NCBI GenBank assembly: GCA_045837725.1
Contig: JBEWZL010000123.1
Span: 186,001 to 250,000 of the forward strand
DNA length: 64,000 nt
DNA from: Vermamoeba vermiformis
Taxonomy: Eukaryota
Reading direction: 5' to 3'
Positions 1 through 14,500 of the stretch are shown piece after piece. The number at the start of each line of letters is the position of its first letter. Positions within the stretch are counted from its first letter, which is position 1. The notes below the pieces were generated by a model that worked only from the letters and a program-made list of their open reading frames with translations, made no database searches and was not told where the DNA came from. The translations under genes were made by a program, and so were the position numbers.

Positions 1-33
1 ATATTGTTATCAATCTACATCTTTGTATTTGGA

Positions 34-2793
34 TCATAGAGGCTCAAAATCATCTTCAGTCAATGACGCATTCATTGAGGCCTCTAATTCATGTTCAGGC
101 GAACTAGTTTCAACCGTGAACACGAGCGGAACATTCTTTTGCTCCCACTGATTGGCAACTTGTTAGTGACTAGACAACGATATATTATGAATAATAGGAC
201 GTACCTTATAGTAAAAATCGATGAACTTGAAGAACTCCTCGCGTGTCTTCAACAAAAATCCTACAGCTAAGCTCGGATCCACGTCTTCAAAGTTCATTCG
301 TTGAGGGACTTTGCAGTGATAGCTCTATTATGCATAGTATTAGTATTGGCTCTAACTTATAGCATCATAAACTGAACATACCTCCAACACATCCACGGAG
401 TAATCTTGGTCTGGTTTCACTGCAGGACGAACAACGTGCGGATCCAAGTACACCACGTCCTCGTCTTGATAGCCAACAAAATAGAGCGACTTGTTTGGCT
501 TGCCGCCGATAATACCCACCGAGAACGGGCACTCCAAGCACGCTTTCAAGTGCGGGATGTACGTCTTGTTCAACTTGTCAATGCCCAATCGCGTCGGAAC
601 AATGAGCAGCAGTGGCCGCCAGAAGGCTTGAGGAGGCTGATTGGTGTTGGGTTGTGTCGAGGGCTGTTGTTGCGCTGGCTGTTGCGGCACGAGTGGCGGC
701 ATGCCTGTGTTCTTCGATGGCGAGCGCGAGAGTGGTGTTGAGGTCTTGGACGAGGGTGAAGACGACAAGCTGCCGTTGACTTTTGACTTGCTCGTTGATC
801 GCGTGACACGTGTCTTCTGTGAACTGAGGCCCGTCAAGTCATCGAGCTCAATGACCGGTCCTGACTCGGTCTCTTTGATCACCATGGCGCTGTGCTTATT
901 CTGCACTACGACGCTGTCGACTTCTCCCTCGCGAGGACTTGCGAGAACGAGGCTTGGTGGTCTCGCCATTAGTGCCGTTAGTCTCGTTCTTCTTCTTTTT
1001 CTCCTTGAGACTGCTCTTCAACAGCGGATAAGGATCACTCGAAGTCAAACTCTTGCGTTGATTCTTCAAAAAGTCCTCTTCTTCCTGCGACATCACGTCA
1101 TCTTCGCTTGAAAAGTCTTCGCTCTCATCAGACACGTCGTGTCCGTTATTTGCATTTGTATTGTTGAAATTACTATGTACAGTTTGATTATTTGGCTGAT
1201 TGTTCTTCATGTGCGAAGCGGGCTTGGATGAGCAAATGATGAGAATTTGATCGATGTAGACCACTCCCTGCGAGGGCACATTCATCACAAGGCCTTCTGG
1301 GCTGTGTCGCCGAATCAAAATTCTAATAATAGTGTTAATACAGCTCGGCACTATATGTGACATGTGCGTGTCAGTGCTTACTCTAATATCTGACAGATCT
1401 CTGAAGGTGCTAGCCAATTGCCTCCTTTGTACAAATACTCTTCCGTCTTCTCCTCGTATTCAATGTTGTATTTGGCCGCACGTTGTCGCTTGATCCACGC
1501 ATTGCGCGCAATGATGTTGTGAATGGAATAGGGATGAGCTGTCGAAGGATTATCCGAGAACCAGCGCAGCACCTAATTATAGATGTCAGCCTCTATTGTT
1601 ATATATGACAGGGGATTACATTACCTGTCTGTAAGTCGAGTACGGTGACTTCCTATCCGCGTCAAGACCAGCTAGTGACACGAGTGTTAGCAAGTGATTA
1701 CAAGTGATATAAAGTGACGTACTAGACTCAAATAAGTTCATCAATGCTTGTGCGAGCACCATTTGACCTGATCGAACCATACAGCCCCAACCTAGAAACA
1801 CCAGATCCAGGTCAATTAATTGTTCCTACTCCTCGGGCCTAACAGTCTATAATCACATATGCATTATTGTCGTGCATACCAATGTCAGAAGTGACTGAAT
1901 AAGGTCCTTGTTGCAGTTCAGGAAAGTCTTTGCGGTAAGTGAACCAAACGATGTTAGAAAAATCTTGAATAAATCGCTGGGCGTGGGGATACTGATGCGA
2001 TTTCTTCTTATTTGCAGATGCAGTGACCTAGTCATAATAAAATAATTAATAAATAAGCGATTGAGGCGAATTGGAAGGATCTGAGTTTTGGAAGCTTCGA
2101 TTATTGAGCGAAAGAATTATAATATATCCAAATGCTAGCATTATTTTAGAAAATAACTAAAAATAACGAGCAAATGCTAGTACAAAGCTGAATACTAGTG
2201 AAATTCCGAAACGAAGGACAGATTGAGACATTTTCATAACTTACCTCCTCTGGAGTCATCTCGTATTTCTTTCCAAATAACCATATCGGGGATGAGCTAA
2301 ATATGGGTGCGTCTGTCGGCTCTAAGAGAACGTTATTTCAAAAATTATTTTTTTTCGCGATCGCCCAAGAATAAAGGAAATTTAGTAACAGCTCGATGAT
2401 TATGCGATAAAATGCTGTAAAATATTTTAATATTGAATAATCAATAATATACTTACGTGAATTGTAGAGATTGTAAAAAGTATTCAGAAATCTGTTTCGA
2501 CCATTCAAAACAAAATTAAGGAACTTCTGTTTCGTCTTATCCTCCTTTTTTCCGCTATCTTTCGTTGGGGACTGTGATAAATTATTATTGCTGCTTTGCG
2601 GGATGGGCTCAGATCGCTCTAAATTATTAATTTTCTTATTTTCTTCATCCTCTCCAAGAATGCTCCATTCTTTATCCAAGTCCGTATCACCTTTAGAACT
2701 AATAATCCCCCAGCTCTTTCGAAGATCTATATATTAAAAACTCAGTAAAAGGAAACACAAACAGACTTTTCAGATTGGATTACCGTCTGTCAT
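34..2793 (-). CDS. ATG4: Autophagy cysteine protease Atg4 (peptidase C54), multi-exon
   Basis: Spliced SDIG|WGCMVRSGQM catalytic Cys motif; GIIGGKPNKSLYFVGYQ and YLDPH motifs; acidic C-terminus EDDFEPL; long low-complexity insert. Confidence 0.92.
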
Positions 2794-3166
2794 GGTGCAC
2801 GAGCAAACAAATTTTAACCATCAATAGGGGTCCTTTAATACAGGTCCCACTATGCACTTGTAAGTCATTAACTAGTTTAACTTAGAATCAAGCGCCGTTC
2901 GTTTTTTCAAGTTCCCTCGCACGTGGTTTGAGATTTCAGCACTAGTTCGAAACCGTTACAAGACCATCCTCATTACTCAGCATGCTACTTGTTAAGCATT
3001 AGTATAATTAGCTATCTTTTAGAAGGTTGGTTTATTTACAGCAAAATAAATAAGTGTTTCGCAGCCACATCCGACAGTCATCGAAACGCGACTGCACACC
3101 ACTATAATTACATGAACTCACGCTAATATGAGCAATTTGATATTATACACGATCTAATAGGGACAA

Positions 3167-5095
3167 TTAGCTCTTATCTTGATTCATTGAAATCAAGTAG
3201 TTGATCTTGCCAACAATTTCTCCTGCAATGTTCCGCGATTAGAACTGAGACTAGTAACAATTAAATATAAGCAACACTTACTTGCAACTGAACTGCTCGA
3301 GACCTCAAATGTCAGGGGCTTCATGTCCTTGCTCTTGAACTCAATCGTGACCGTCAGACCCTTCTCTTCCATGCGCACGCTCTTCACGTCTTTAATCGAG
3401 TTGGGTTGAAGCTGAATAGCAAGAGACATTAATACCACTTCATATAGACATATAAAGCACATCAAACAACGATGTTAGGCGATAAATTCATTGCCTTTGA
3501 AATGTCAACAGCGTTTCAATAAATTGACGTGTAGCTCGTCGTTGATGACGCAACAACGATATTAATTCACTGGGCAACAATAACCCAGTACGTTATAATT
3601 AATTAAGTATACTTACTTGTTTGCTAGGCCCCTTCTTCTTAACGACTGTGTGAGTGATGCGAATGCCATCGACACCAATCACGCGGTCTTGTTTCTTGCC
3701 AAACTTTTTCAAATACACCACGTTGTACGTCTGATTATAGTAGTGTTAGTTAATATGGCTATCCTAATAATGCAACAATTGTCGTAGGTATATTTTGAAC
3801 GCCCTAAACTTACCTTGTATTGCGTGGCCAGTGCTTCATACCAAAAGATTTCTCCGCCTTGTTCTTCGCCTTTAACGTCTAATATTCACGTTAGTATTAG
3901 TACTATTGTATAATAAGTTTGAGGTATAATTTGCTGATTTGTGACAGTTGAAGCGTAGATCTGAATTCCGTGTTGCAAAATGAATAAGTTAGTACCTTGC
4001 TTATTGATCAAATTGATGTCCAAGTCCTTCAAATCAGCCACGCGCAAGTCACGAGGCAAGTAGGTCGAGTCCACCATGTATTGCAACACGTGCTCGTGTT
4101 CCGACAGATCGCGCTTCTTGCAACATAGTTCTAATACTTTAGACATCTTTGTCTCTAAATCAAATGCCATTGTGATGTATGTGTTGTTCGGCATGTGAAT
4201 TTTGAGGAATAATCTGTTATCTGAGGCTGCATCCGCTGTTTTATGAAAGATTACATAATCAGATCCAATATTCGGTAAAGACAATAAAAAGAATTTAAAA
4301 CGTACCCTTATACTTGGCATTCTCTCGTAGCACCAGTGCCTCATTAAATTTACCGACTTGTGACCTGGAGGATATTTCTGAAATAAGAGGTTGGTTAGTG
4401 AATGAAGATCAAGACAAAAAATCTTTGTACGAATCAAAAATCAACTTTAAATTGCGGAATAAATCTAAAATAATTGAATATTGTATTTGTTATTGTATAT
4501 AATGCCGTTAATATTTAAACTTGCCTGGAAAATCGTCGTCGACATTGCCTTTCTCATCTGCCATTCGCAATACATAAGCATCAGTATCCTCGTTCAGTTG
4601 ATTATTGGGGTCCATAGTATTAACTTTTCTAATCACCATTTCCATTAGTTTCTCGAAAGTAGCCGTTTGAGCAATCTTGATCACAACTGGTTGGCTCATA
4701 TTAGGCACGAAAACCTTCATATCAGTCAAGGCCACGTTTCCTATCAATTTAGATAATCCAGATTTTTTAGGTGCTGCCACAGGGGGTAGTGTCGGCTTTT
4801 CTTTATCGAATGCGAAGCTCTTCAGATCTTTTGGAGCTTCCCAAACAACCATTTTGCATTTATCGACAGGTGCTTGGTCTGCTGGATTGACCTTTCGCTC
4901 GTTCTTCTTTGCGTCATCGAGGGCGTTCATTAATAAGAGACTTTTCCTTTTATTAATGCGCCGATCTTTTGCAGCAGATACGGTTTGTTCGCTGTCCAAG
5001 CCATTCACCTCGCGCCAAATAGGATCAATAATAATATTGTCCGTCTTGGTTCTAATGTCACGTAGGACTGCGGCCAAATCGCCAATCACCGCCAT
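3167..5095 (-). CDS. SIN1: TORC2 subunit SIN1/Avo1/RIP3-like (CRIM, Ras-binding and PH domains)
   Basis: YVLRMADEKGNVDDDFP CRIM motif, RBD-like exon (3886-4437 ORF), C-terminal PH-like exons ending EIVGKINYL. Confidence 0.8.
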
Positions 5096-5641
5096 GTGTG
5101 CTTGTGCTATTCAGTTCGGCTGCCGATAAGACAACTAAAATTTAATTTCGCGTCACAAGACACCCGCGCGGTTGAAATTTAAAAATTCGAGGGGATGTAG
5201 GGCTTGTAATGCGAATGGCACGAGTAGCACAATGCGGGCACGTCATAATAATTAGTAAATTGCGTGGCAGCGGATGCAAGTTCGATAATTCAAATTATGC
5301 CCCTGAGCTGATTTAACAAACTGGAGGCATTAATTTAATTATTACTAATATAATTTCCTTAATTTGACCTTGGTGGTGATTATGTAAGTCAAACAGTGGC
5401 GGGACCCTTCAAACAGCAAATCCTGTCGAGCTGGATTACCTAACAAGGCTCCAGAGCTCCGTAATGGCTTATTGACGAAGCGTGTATGTTTCTCATTGTC
5501 ATTTGAGCGTATAAACGACTTGCACACCTTGAGATTGACGCCCAGATTTATCAATCTTATTCCGGGCACCGAAAAAAAATCTTCTCGCGCACCTCGCTAC
5601 ATTCACTCATCGCATACTCAACACTCAACAACAACTCTACA

Positions 5642-6561
5642 ATGGCCAAGCTCGAAGGAAACAAGTGGTTTGTCGTAAGTGCTTACTTGCTGCACAATAG
5701 CTGTAGCTCCCATCTCACTTCTGAAATTGAAACTAATCTTGTCACGCAGGAAAACGTCTCCGACAAGCAAGACATCGTTGTCAAGCCCACCGCCTTCATG
5801 CAAAGCGTTTTCATCCGCAAAGTAAGCTTCAATTCAGTCGGAATTTTTAAATCTAATTTTTCCTCATTTAATTTTGCTTGAGATTCTAATAATTCTGTGT
5901 AGTGCACCAAGGCCGTCGTTACCATCCAAGGAAAGTGCAATGCCATCAGCGTTGGTAAGTAATAATTTAGATTTTGTGGTTCAAAAGATAAAATTCAAAA
6001 TTTTTCACTCTGATGTAAGGACGTCACCTTGCTTTTTACCTGTTTCGCTATGAAATTAGTATTTCCTAGTTAACTTAAATAGTATTTGTCATATTTTTGT
6101 AGCAAACAAATCTTTCTATTGCATTTCAGACCCACTTTTACTAACAGTCGCGTTTACTCCATCTAGAGGGCTCCAAGGACACTGGTGTTATCTTCGATGA
6201 GTAAGTACACCATAAGGCATATAAAAATATTCTACAACAAGCTGCTTCTCAAAAGACAATGCTAATTTTTTGTTTCAGCGTCATTGCCAACGTTGAGGTG
6301 ATCAACTCCCAAAAGGTTCAATTGCAAGCCAACGGCTCATTGAACAACATCGTTATTGAGAAGACTAAGGGTGCCACCGTCTTCCTCCAAACCGAGGCTG
6401 GCAAGAAGGCTGAGATCGTCACCTCCAACTCCGAAGAAGTCAACATTGTTGTCCCTGACCCCAGCGGTGACCCCAAGGAGCACAGCATCCCCGTGCAATT
6501 CATCTCCAAGTTCGAGGGCGCCAAGTTGGTCACTAGACCCGCTGAGCACTCTGGTAACTAA
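5642..6561 (+). CDS. Stand-alone C-terminal domain of cyclase-associated protein (C-CAP)
   Basis: Exons splice to MAKLEGNKWFVENV...IQGKCNAIS...VIANVEVINSQKVQLQ...EHSIPVQFISKF...AEHSGN, the CAP_C beta-helix; no coding sequence visible upstream of the ATG. Confidence 0.85.
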
Positions 6562-6766
6562 ATTCAACAATTTCGTACTGGATGCTGCTTTGTCAGCGTA
6601 GCTGTAGTTCTAGATACTTTGATGAAATCCTAATTATCGAGATTCATCATTTGTTATAATAAAATCTTTAAAACCCAATGTGCTGTGTCATTTCCGAAAA
6701 ATAATGCTAGCTGTTCGGGACAACCGATCTGGTCATTTTAGTTCACCGTTGATACCTCAATACACA

Positions 6767-8382
6767 ATGGCTGCGCAAGAAGTGAACGTACATAAGCTTA
6801 CTTTAGAGCTGGTTACTAAGGGTGCAGCACGTTCAGGTGTATTAAAAGTCAAGCACGACAAGCAGTTGGATACACCGGCACTTTTGTTGTATTCGAAAAA
6901 AGGAACACCCCCTAATTTTACACCTGATTTATTAGAAAAAGAGAAGGAGGCTAAGGCAGTTTTGGTCGATTTGCAAGATCTGTAAGCTAAATTATGATAA
7001 AAAATTCAGAAAATATCTCAAAAAATTAATATAAAATTATCTCTCGTAGATATGATGAGCACAGGGCAGTGGAAAAGTATGGAAACGGTCTCGGCAAATT
7101 TTCTAACATGGATAAATACATTCTCATTCTTGGCACTCGAGATCCGTTGTGCTATTACGAGAACAGCTTCTCTGGCGATGATTATACTGTCACTACTGCT
7201 GGTGGAAGAAAAACGGTACGTATACATCGCTATGATTGACCAATAAAACGAATGTTGGATTGCGCTGATCCTGCTAGTTGAGCTTGACTGATCATATTTA
7301 CACGATAGGTGGCGAGTAAGCAAATAGTAGATATTATGAACATGTTTGATTGCGAGGTAAATATCTCGCCTGGCCCGCAAATGGCCGCACACGGCACGAG
7401 CAAACGGTTGAACAAAGCTGTGACTACCTCAATGAAGTGTTTGAAGAGTTTATTCACCATCAATCCTGTGCTGAAGGTCAGTGCTATATACCTATTGCCA
7501 ATGTCGATGTGGTCGTATTCTAACTGCTGCTCATTAGAACAACACGTTTGGTGTCATTCACGGTGGCACGATTATGAAAGAGCGAGAGAGGTCCGCCACG
7601 GAGACAGTCAGCTTGGACCCTGCTGGTACGTGCATTTATGAACTATATAGAGCCTTTATCATGCAGAGCTAGTATGGTATCGAAGTACTCACGTCTTCAA
7701 CAGGATTCTTGATTGATTGCATGGGCGTCGATGACTCGCCTGAAGAGCGTACACAAGTGTTGAATACAGTGATGGTACGTTTATGATACTATTACGTTAA
7801 TATGACCTTTATTAATTGGCCGTTGTATCGTAGAAAATTTTGCCCGAAGATAAACCGCGCATGGTGATGGGCTCGTTCAATCCACTTGAGGTCCTTGATT
7901 TGGTCTCGCACGGCATCGATTTGATCAACAGCGCATATCCTAATATGGTAGCCGACCTTGCCTACGCACTCGCATTTGCAGTCGATGTGCCACTGACCGC
8001 TGAGAGCACGGAACATAAGATGGAAGTGGACGAACGATCTGATCTGCACGACAACAACAAGCTCAATTTACGCGACATTTGCTACAGACTCGATTTGCAG
8101 CCTGTTCTGCCTGGTTGTGATTGCTATACGTGCACTAAACACACTCGTGCCTACATCCACCATCTGCTCAACACCCACGAAATGTTGGCGAATGTTTTGT
8201 TAACCACGTACGTAGCACTGATACTTTAACATGTAGTTAATAATATGCTGATACTATTTGATCGCAGACACAACGTGCACGTCTATTTACAATTTTTCAA
8301 GACAATCCGCGAGCACATCCGTAAAGGAACATTTGAACAGTACAGAAACAATTTTGTTAAGAGATATAGTGGCTCTACTTAA
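6767..8382 (+). CDS. QTRT2: Queuine tRNA-ribosyltransferase accessory subunit
   Basis: ARSG...TPALLLYSKKG, LPEDKPR, GIDL and the zinc site [32 protein letters not shown]. Confidence 0.85.
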
Positions 8383-8668
8383 TATTAATAGCACAATTGG
8401 AAATAATAAATGTAACATAATTGCGATCGCGATCTGAGTTTGCCGGATATTTCTTTCTCTCACCAAACGGGCATTTTTATCTTACATATATCTGAGACTT
8501 AGTCTTCTCGAAGATATTTTCGCCATGCAGATATCAAGTGTCACCAATTGACACGCACCCAGAATTCCAGGCCTAATTTGGAGGTAGGTGATTTAAAGTG
8601 GCCAAAAACGAGACCTGGCATTCTATCTGTGCTTTTATTTGTGCCAACCACGTTAGCAATATTGAAAG

Positions 8669-11208
8669 ATGAGTTGGACTTCTACAACACCATCTGGAGC
8701 GAAAAAACAAGCTCAAGTAAGGGCAATTAAATGATCCGATCGTAACGAAATCCATTAATATTATTTAATAATAGCCCGCACAAAGTGGTGGACAAAGAGA
8801 AATACCTCCTTCGCCGAGGAGCTTTCAATTAAAACAAGATAGTAGAACTGTATCAACTGTAAATAGAGAATTTAATTCAGAAGCTGAAAAATGGGAGATC
8901 GACGCTTCTGAAATTACTTTAGGAGAGAAATTAGGCACAGGATCTTTTGGAGAAGTTTATAAAGGCAAATTAAGAGGCGTGGAAGTTGCAGTTAAGAAAT
9001 TAACGTTAAAAAAATTGGATGAAAAGAAATTGGAAGCCTTCCGAAAGGAAGTGGGCATTATGAGGTAAATATCATAATTTATTTTAATAATTAACTTGTT
9101 TTTGACGGAAATAATTCTTCAACCTAAAGATTTTTTTTTTCAACGGCTAATATTAAAAAAGACTAATGGTAATTTATTGATAAATAACGATTTTTATACG
9201 TTGTATGCATATGCATAGCCGCAATGTAAATATTTCTGCAATTATTCTATCCACGAGGGATCTCGCTGAAACTAAATCACTTCCCATTTCCAGTAAACTC
9301 CGCCACCCCAATGTCCTATTATTTATGGGTGCCTGCCTTGAGCCCGGCAATCTTATGATAGTAACAGAGTTGATGTCGCAAGGCAGCGTGTACGATCTTC
9401 TGCACAAACATCCGGTACGCGTCAATTTTAGGAGAAATTAAATATGAATTATTTTCGTAGTTAAATATTACTTCAGGGCATATAATTAACGCCTATTTGC
9501 TTAGGAACAATTGACATTCAGAAAGAAAATGGAAATTGCAAAAGGCGCAGCAAGAGGAATGAACTGGCTGCATCAATCCAAGCCCGTATCATTTATTCAT
9601 AGAGATTTAAAGACCGGAAACTTGTTGGTAAGACTCCAGAGCAATTTAAATTCTTTCCCACATAACGTCTAAAATTCTGCTTTTTATGGCAATTAATTCT
9701 AAATGTTGTTGCTACGTTAGGTCGACGACAACTGGTGCGTTAAAGTATGCGACTTTGGTTTAACGCTCATCAAAAAGCACGAGGAGAAAGCAAATTACGG
9801 TGCTATTGGCACGCCGTTATGGATGGTACGTTGGAAAGCTAGTCTTGATGCTGTGTTACCTATATAGAGTATATGGCTGGTGATAATAATAAATTGTTTG
9901 CATAGGCCCCTGAAGTGTTAACAAATCAAGCGTACGATGAATCAGCAGACTTGTACTCATTCGGCATTGTTTTATGGGAGTTAATGACGCACAAAGACCC
10001 GTACCCCGAGATCAACACCTTCGGCGAGATGTTGGAAAAAGTGTAAGTACATTAATAGGGAGATAGATCTAAACCGTTTTTTTTTGCAACTGCAATCAAT
10101 ATAACACGTACGTTGGGCACTTTACTAACGCTTATTACAGTTGCAAGCAACACCATAGACCAGCTATTCCAGAGGTATGTAGACAACGGCATCGCGTATT
10201 GATATGTACTAACGCTCGGTTAGTCTTGCCCACCTACACTGCGCGCATTGATGGAAAAGTGTTGGGATCCAGTTCCATCAAAACGGCCGTCATTCGAAGA
10301 GGTACGTTAATTGGTTGATCGTACTTTTAGCAATGTGCTCACACCATTTTAGGTCCTAGCACAAATCGACGGCATTTTAATTGAAGGTATTCTTATCGAT
10401 CCGCAAGCGGTGGCGTTTTGGAAGAAGAACTTCAACACTGCCGAGAAAGTACCATTCAAAGAGTTCTGTCAAAAGATCTCCGAGCATTACAAGGTGCCTG
10501 TTGACTCCGACAGCGAGATTGGCTTGTGTTTGAAGGATTTGTTAGAGAAGAATGATCACGTGACAGTTGACACTGTTGGAAACTTCTTGCAATGGTTTGG
10601 ACCATTTGACGGCCAACTGCTAACGAGAGTAAGTGTTGAACAGGACTCACAACAAGCTAATTCTGTTACGGGCACAACTGTTGCTTGACTTTTGTTCGGA
10701 CGAGTTCTAATGTGATACGTGTAGGTCGTGGACTTATTGAAAGAGAAGTGGTTCCACGGTGATATTTCATCCGCTGAAGCTGAGAAATTGTTGAAGTCAG
10801 AGGCAAAGGGCACTTATTTGGTTCGGTTCAGCACGAGGTATGATCGTGTCACTCCATTTCTTACTTTGGACTTGCAGGCTAATGTATTGTAACAGGGAAC
10901 CTGGTTCATATGCTATCAGTGCTAGAGCTAAAGAACAAGTTAAGCACTTCCGAGTAATGCACAAAGCAGGCGAGAACTACGTGATTGGTAAGCGCATCCA
11001 TTGTTGATTAATGAACGTTAAAATAGTGGGCTAATTCCTCTTTGTAGGCGCAAGAAGCTTTGACTCGCTACAGAATTTGATTAAATTGATAGCCGCGGAT
11101 ATCGGCCTGAAAAAGAAACAAGCCTGTCCAGGATCCAAGTACGAACAGATTTTCGCCAAAAAGAAAAATATCATTATGCCGTCAGCTTATGAAGAGGTTC
11201 ATCTGTAA
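8669..11208 (+). CDS. TKL protein kinase with C-terminal SH2 domain (Shk-like)
   Basis: GTGSFGEV, VAVK, HRDLKTGN, DFG, GTPLWMAPE, then SH2 WFHGDIS...GTYLVRFS. Confidence 0.9.
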
Positions 11209-11559
11209 TTAGTATTATATCATTATTATCGTTGTAAATTTTGGCTAACGAAAATTGTATTATTGCCCAAAGTAAAAGCTTTTCGAAAACTTAGTCGCCT
11301 TGACAACAAGCGTATTGCCGTATCCACCTCATCTAATATACAAGCTTTTCGAGTACCTCGGGGGTAACCGTCAAGGCACTTTTAAGTTTTCGGAGGCGCA
11401 GAAATCTTTTTTTTTTTTTTCAATTTGGAGATTTCTTATTCGGCCCAAAAAAAGGTTGATTCCGCCGACGGACTAATATGACCGATTCAATAACAAAGTT
11501 GGCACCACAAGTCAGCAAAGAATATTTAACGGCATTCTTCTCCTCATATTTTTTGGAGG

Positions 11560-14500
11560 ATGAGTACGAATGCTGAAGAACAGGAAAGCGGCTTCTCCAG
11601 GCCACCATTTACGACGTCAACCAGTGTTCGTAATTTGGTCGGTTTCTTCAAGGAGCTAGAGGATAAAGCTGCGAAAGAGCAGTCGAATAAATCCAAGAGA
11701 TTAACGACCAACTTGACCTCGCCTCTTTCAAGGTAAGAAATAATTTGAAAATCAATAATAGCATAATAACGGACACGCAAAAAATGAAACTAAACTAAGG
11801 ATTATCAATCCTATCGATAGGGAAGTCTCAACGCAGATCTTCCGCAAAAGGAAATTTAAAATTAAATATGATAACGAGCGTTGCAATTTTTTATTGATTA
11901 TAATAATATTAAACGGCAAGCGTAAATGAATTTAACGAAATTAGCTTGATTTTTGATTCCTCCGGTACGCGGGATTCAAGCGTTGCGCTAATGCACGAAA
12001 TCTTTATTTAGAATAATTCGGGTATTAATATTGACGATTATTTTTAGCCCTCGAGGACACAAGCCTGCTTCTTTGACAAAGAGCTCTGGCGAGATACTTT
12101 CAGCAAGAGGTCCCAACCGCAGCGAGATCGTGACTCGTCACAAACCTCAAACCTCGCAATCATTAGACGTGCTCGATTTATCTATGCCTGACGGGTATGA
12201 TTTATATTAATATTTTATGAATCAAATGAATCAAATGCAAAAGATTGGATCTGATTTCTGAAATTAATTAAGCGCTGTTCCGGTCGTCAAATTTAACACC
12301 AACCCGAAATTGGAAGTCAAAAAACAGTCGGACCTATCCCGGTCCAGCGATATTAAACAAAATCCAGCGGAAGAAAAGAATACGACAGATACTCAGTCGA
12401 GCGGTTCAGTGAATATTGAACAGCCAACAAAAAGCCCAAGTAATTCTTCAATAACAGTTCTAAGTGAGACTAATATTGACGAAGGTAAAAATTGCAAGAT
12501 AAAGAGAAAAAGGACAAGGAAAAAGACGTGACAAAAGATACGGACGTCGATCACAAATCATCTTTGAATCACGATGAGCCGAATCGATCGTCTGTTCGAT
12601 TTGACGTCAAGCCATTGCCAGATGAGGATGCTTTTAATGATGATGATACCGTTGGTATGCGACAGTCAGCGAGCGGTTCAGCAGTACACAGCCCCACATC
12701 ATCATTGGTAGACAGTCCGTCATTTATTTCGCTGCCCGATGAGACGCGCAAACGAAGGTCACGGTCACGAGGATCGGGCAGAGTAGAGAAGACGTCCAAT
12801 GAGGTTAAGAAAGATGCAGCACGAAGTCGATCAAAGAGCAAGACTGAGGGCAATAAAAAGAAAACAGACTCGTCACCCGACAGTGGATATTCGTTCAAAC
12901 GACGAGAGGATCTAGACAAAGATAAAGAATCTAAAAGGAAAAAGAAAGAAGAAGAGGAGCGCAAGAAAAAAGAGGAGGAAGAGGCCAAGAAAAAGAAGAA
13001 AGAAGAAGAGGAACGAAAGAGACGAGAAGAAAAAGAAGTGGCCAAAAAAGAGAAGAGCGAGAGACGCAAGTCGCGCAAAGGATTGGTGCCGCCCTTGTCC
13101 ATCAAAGGCAAAGACAAAGACGCGTTCAGTAGTGAGCCTAGCAGCAAGACTTTGATGTCGCGTGACAGCAAAGATGACTTGCACATTCGTTCAAAATCAT
13201 CTGTGGCCGAAGAACGCGGAGGCATCAAGTCCAAGAAGTCAATGCCCTCTTTAAAGATCAAATCCATCTCACCACGTGGCGAGAGGAAAGGTTCTAATCC
13301 GCCGCTGAAGGATAACAACAGCAAGACGAGTTCCGGTACCGAGTCAAGCAGCACGAAGCCCTCGCCGATCCAACTTCCTCCCAGAGATGTTGAGCCTAAA
13401 AGTGAGCCAGCAGTGAGGACAGATAGACCGAGAACTCGCAGTCTGCACAGATCCGCTTCTACTGAAAATTTTGAAAAACAAACACGCAACACCAAAAATA
13501 CTCCTGAACCACCTCCCATTCCAACGCCCGACGGTGCTGCGTCATTCAGAGTGCGCAAGAGAAGTTTGAGCACGAATGAACTCAAGGGTGATGGCACTGA
13601 CCAGGCCCTGACGAGCACTGAGCCCATTTCAATCAACAAAATGGCGAGTGAGAGCAAGCAACGCGAGGATACTTATGTAAATATTTTGAAGAAGAGTATC
13701 CGTGAAATTTTGTTGGGTACGAACACGAAGATTGAGCGCGAGGAGCTGACCAAGGTAAGTTCCTTCGAGCCTTTATATTTTGATATTAACACCGCTTAGA
13801 TCCGTTATGAAGAAGAGGCTTCGAGCTCTGAAGAAGATGACGAAGAAGATGTAAATATTTGGGAAGAACCCGAGGACTCGGAGAAGAACATTCGTTACGA
13901 CACGCGCGACGAGACTTTGAATCAATTGCTGCTACGACGCGCTGTGCCAGCCAAAGAAGGCTCGCGCAGTTTGGAGATCAGATGTGCCACTCTGAACAAG
14001 CTCGTTGAACGCTTGACATACGCTGATTATAGCGTGGATGACAAGGTTTTCATGCGCATCTTCTTGGCTACTTTCGAGTCATTCACCACACCGCAAATAC
14101 TGTTCAAGAAACTCCGACAACGCTTTGCCGTTCCTTCTGGCCAGTACTCAAAGATCGTTGAGCAACAGATCCAGACACGTGTTTGTACAGTCATGAAGGT
14201 AAGACTGATTTAACGTGGTTGTAACATAGTCTAACGTGTGCGTAGTATTGGATCGATAATTATCCGAGCCGCAAGTTGACCAAACAAATGATTGCACGAT
14301 TCCGTAACTTCATCAACACTGAGCTGAAAGAACAAGCGTACAAACCACTGCGCGATATTTTAGAGCAGAGTTTGAACAAGCGAGTACGTACTTATCGAGC
14401 CTCACTCACATCATGATATGGCCTAACGTTCTAATTTAGATTGAGACCAACAGACTGCTGCGCGAGCGTGTGCGCATTGACATGACCACGGACATTATTC

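Noticed and set aside
12440-12498. Apparent frameshift or 14-nt micro-intron in RasGEF
   Set aside because: An ordinary 59-nt GT-AG intron with a CTAAT branch site (12440-12498) restores the frame
12569-13657. 362-aa antisense ORF, and similar antisense ORFs at 4677, 58905 and 59838
   Set aside because: Shadow frames of low-complexity or codon-biased sense exons
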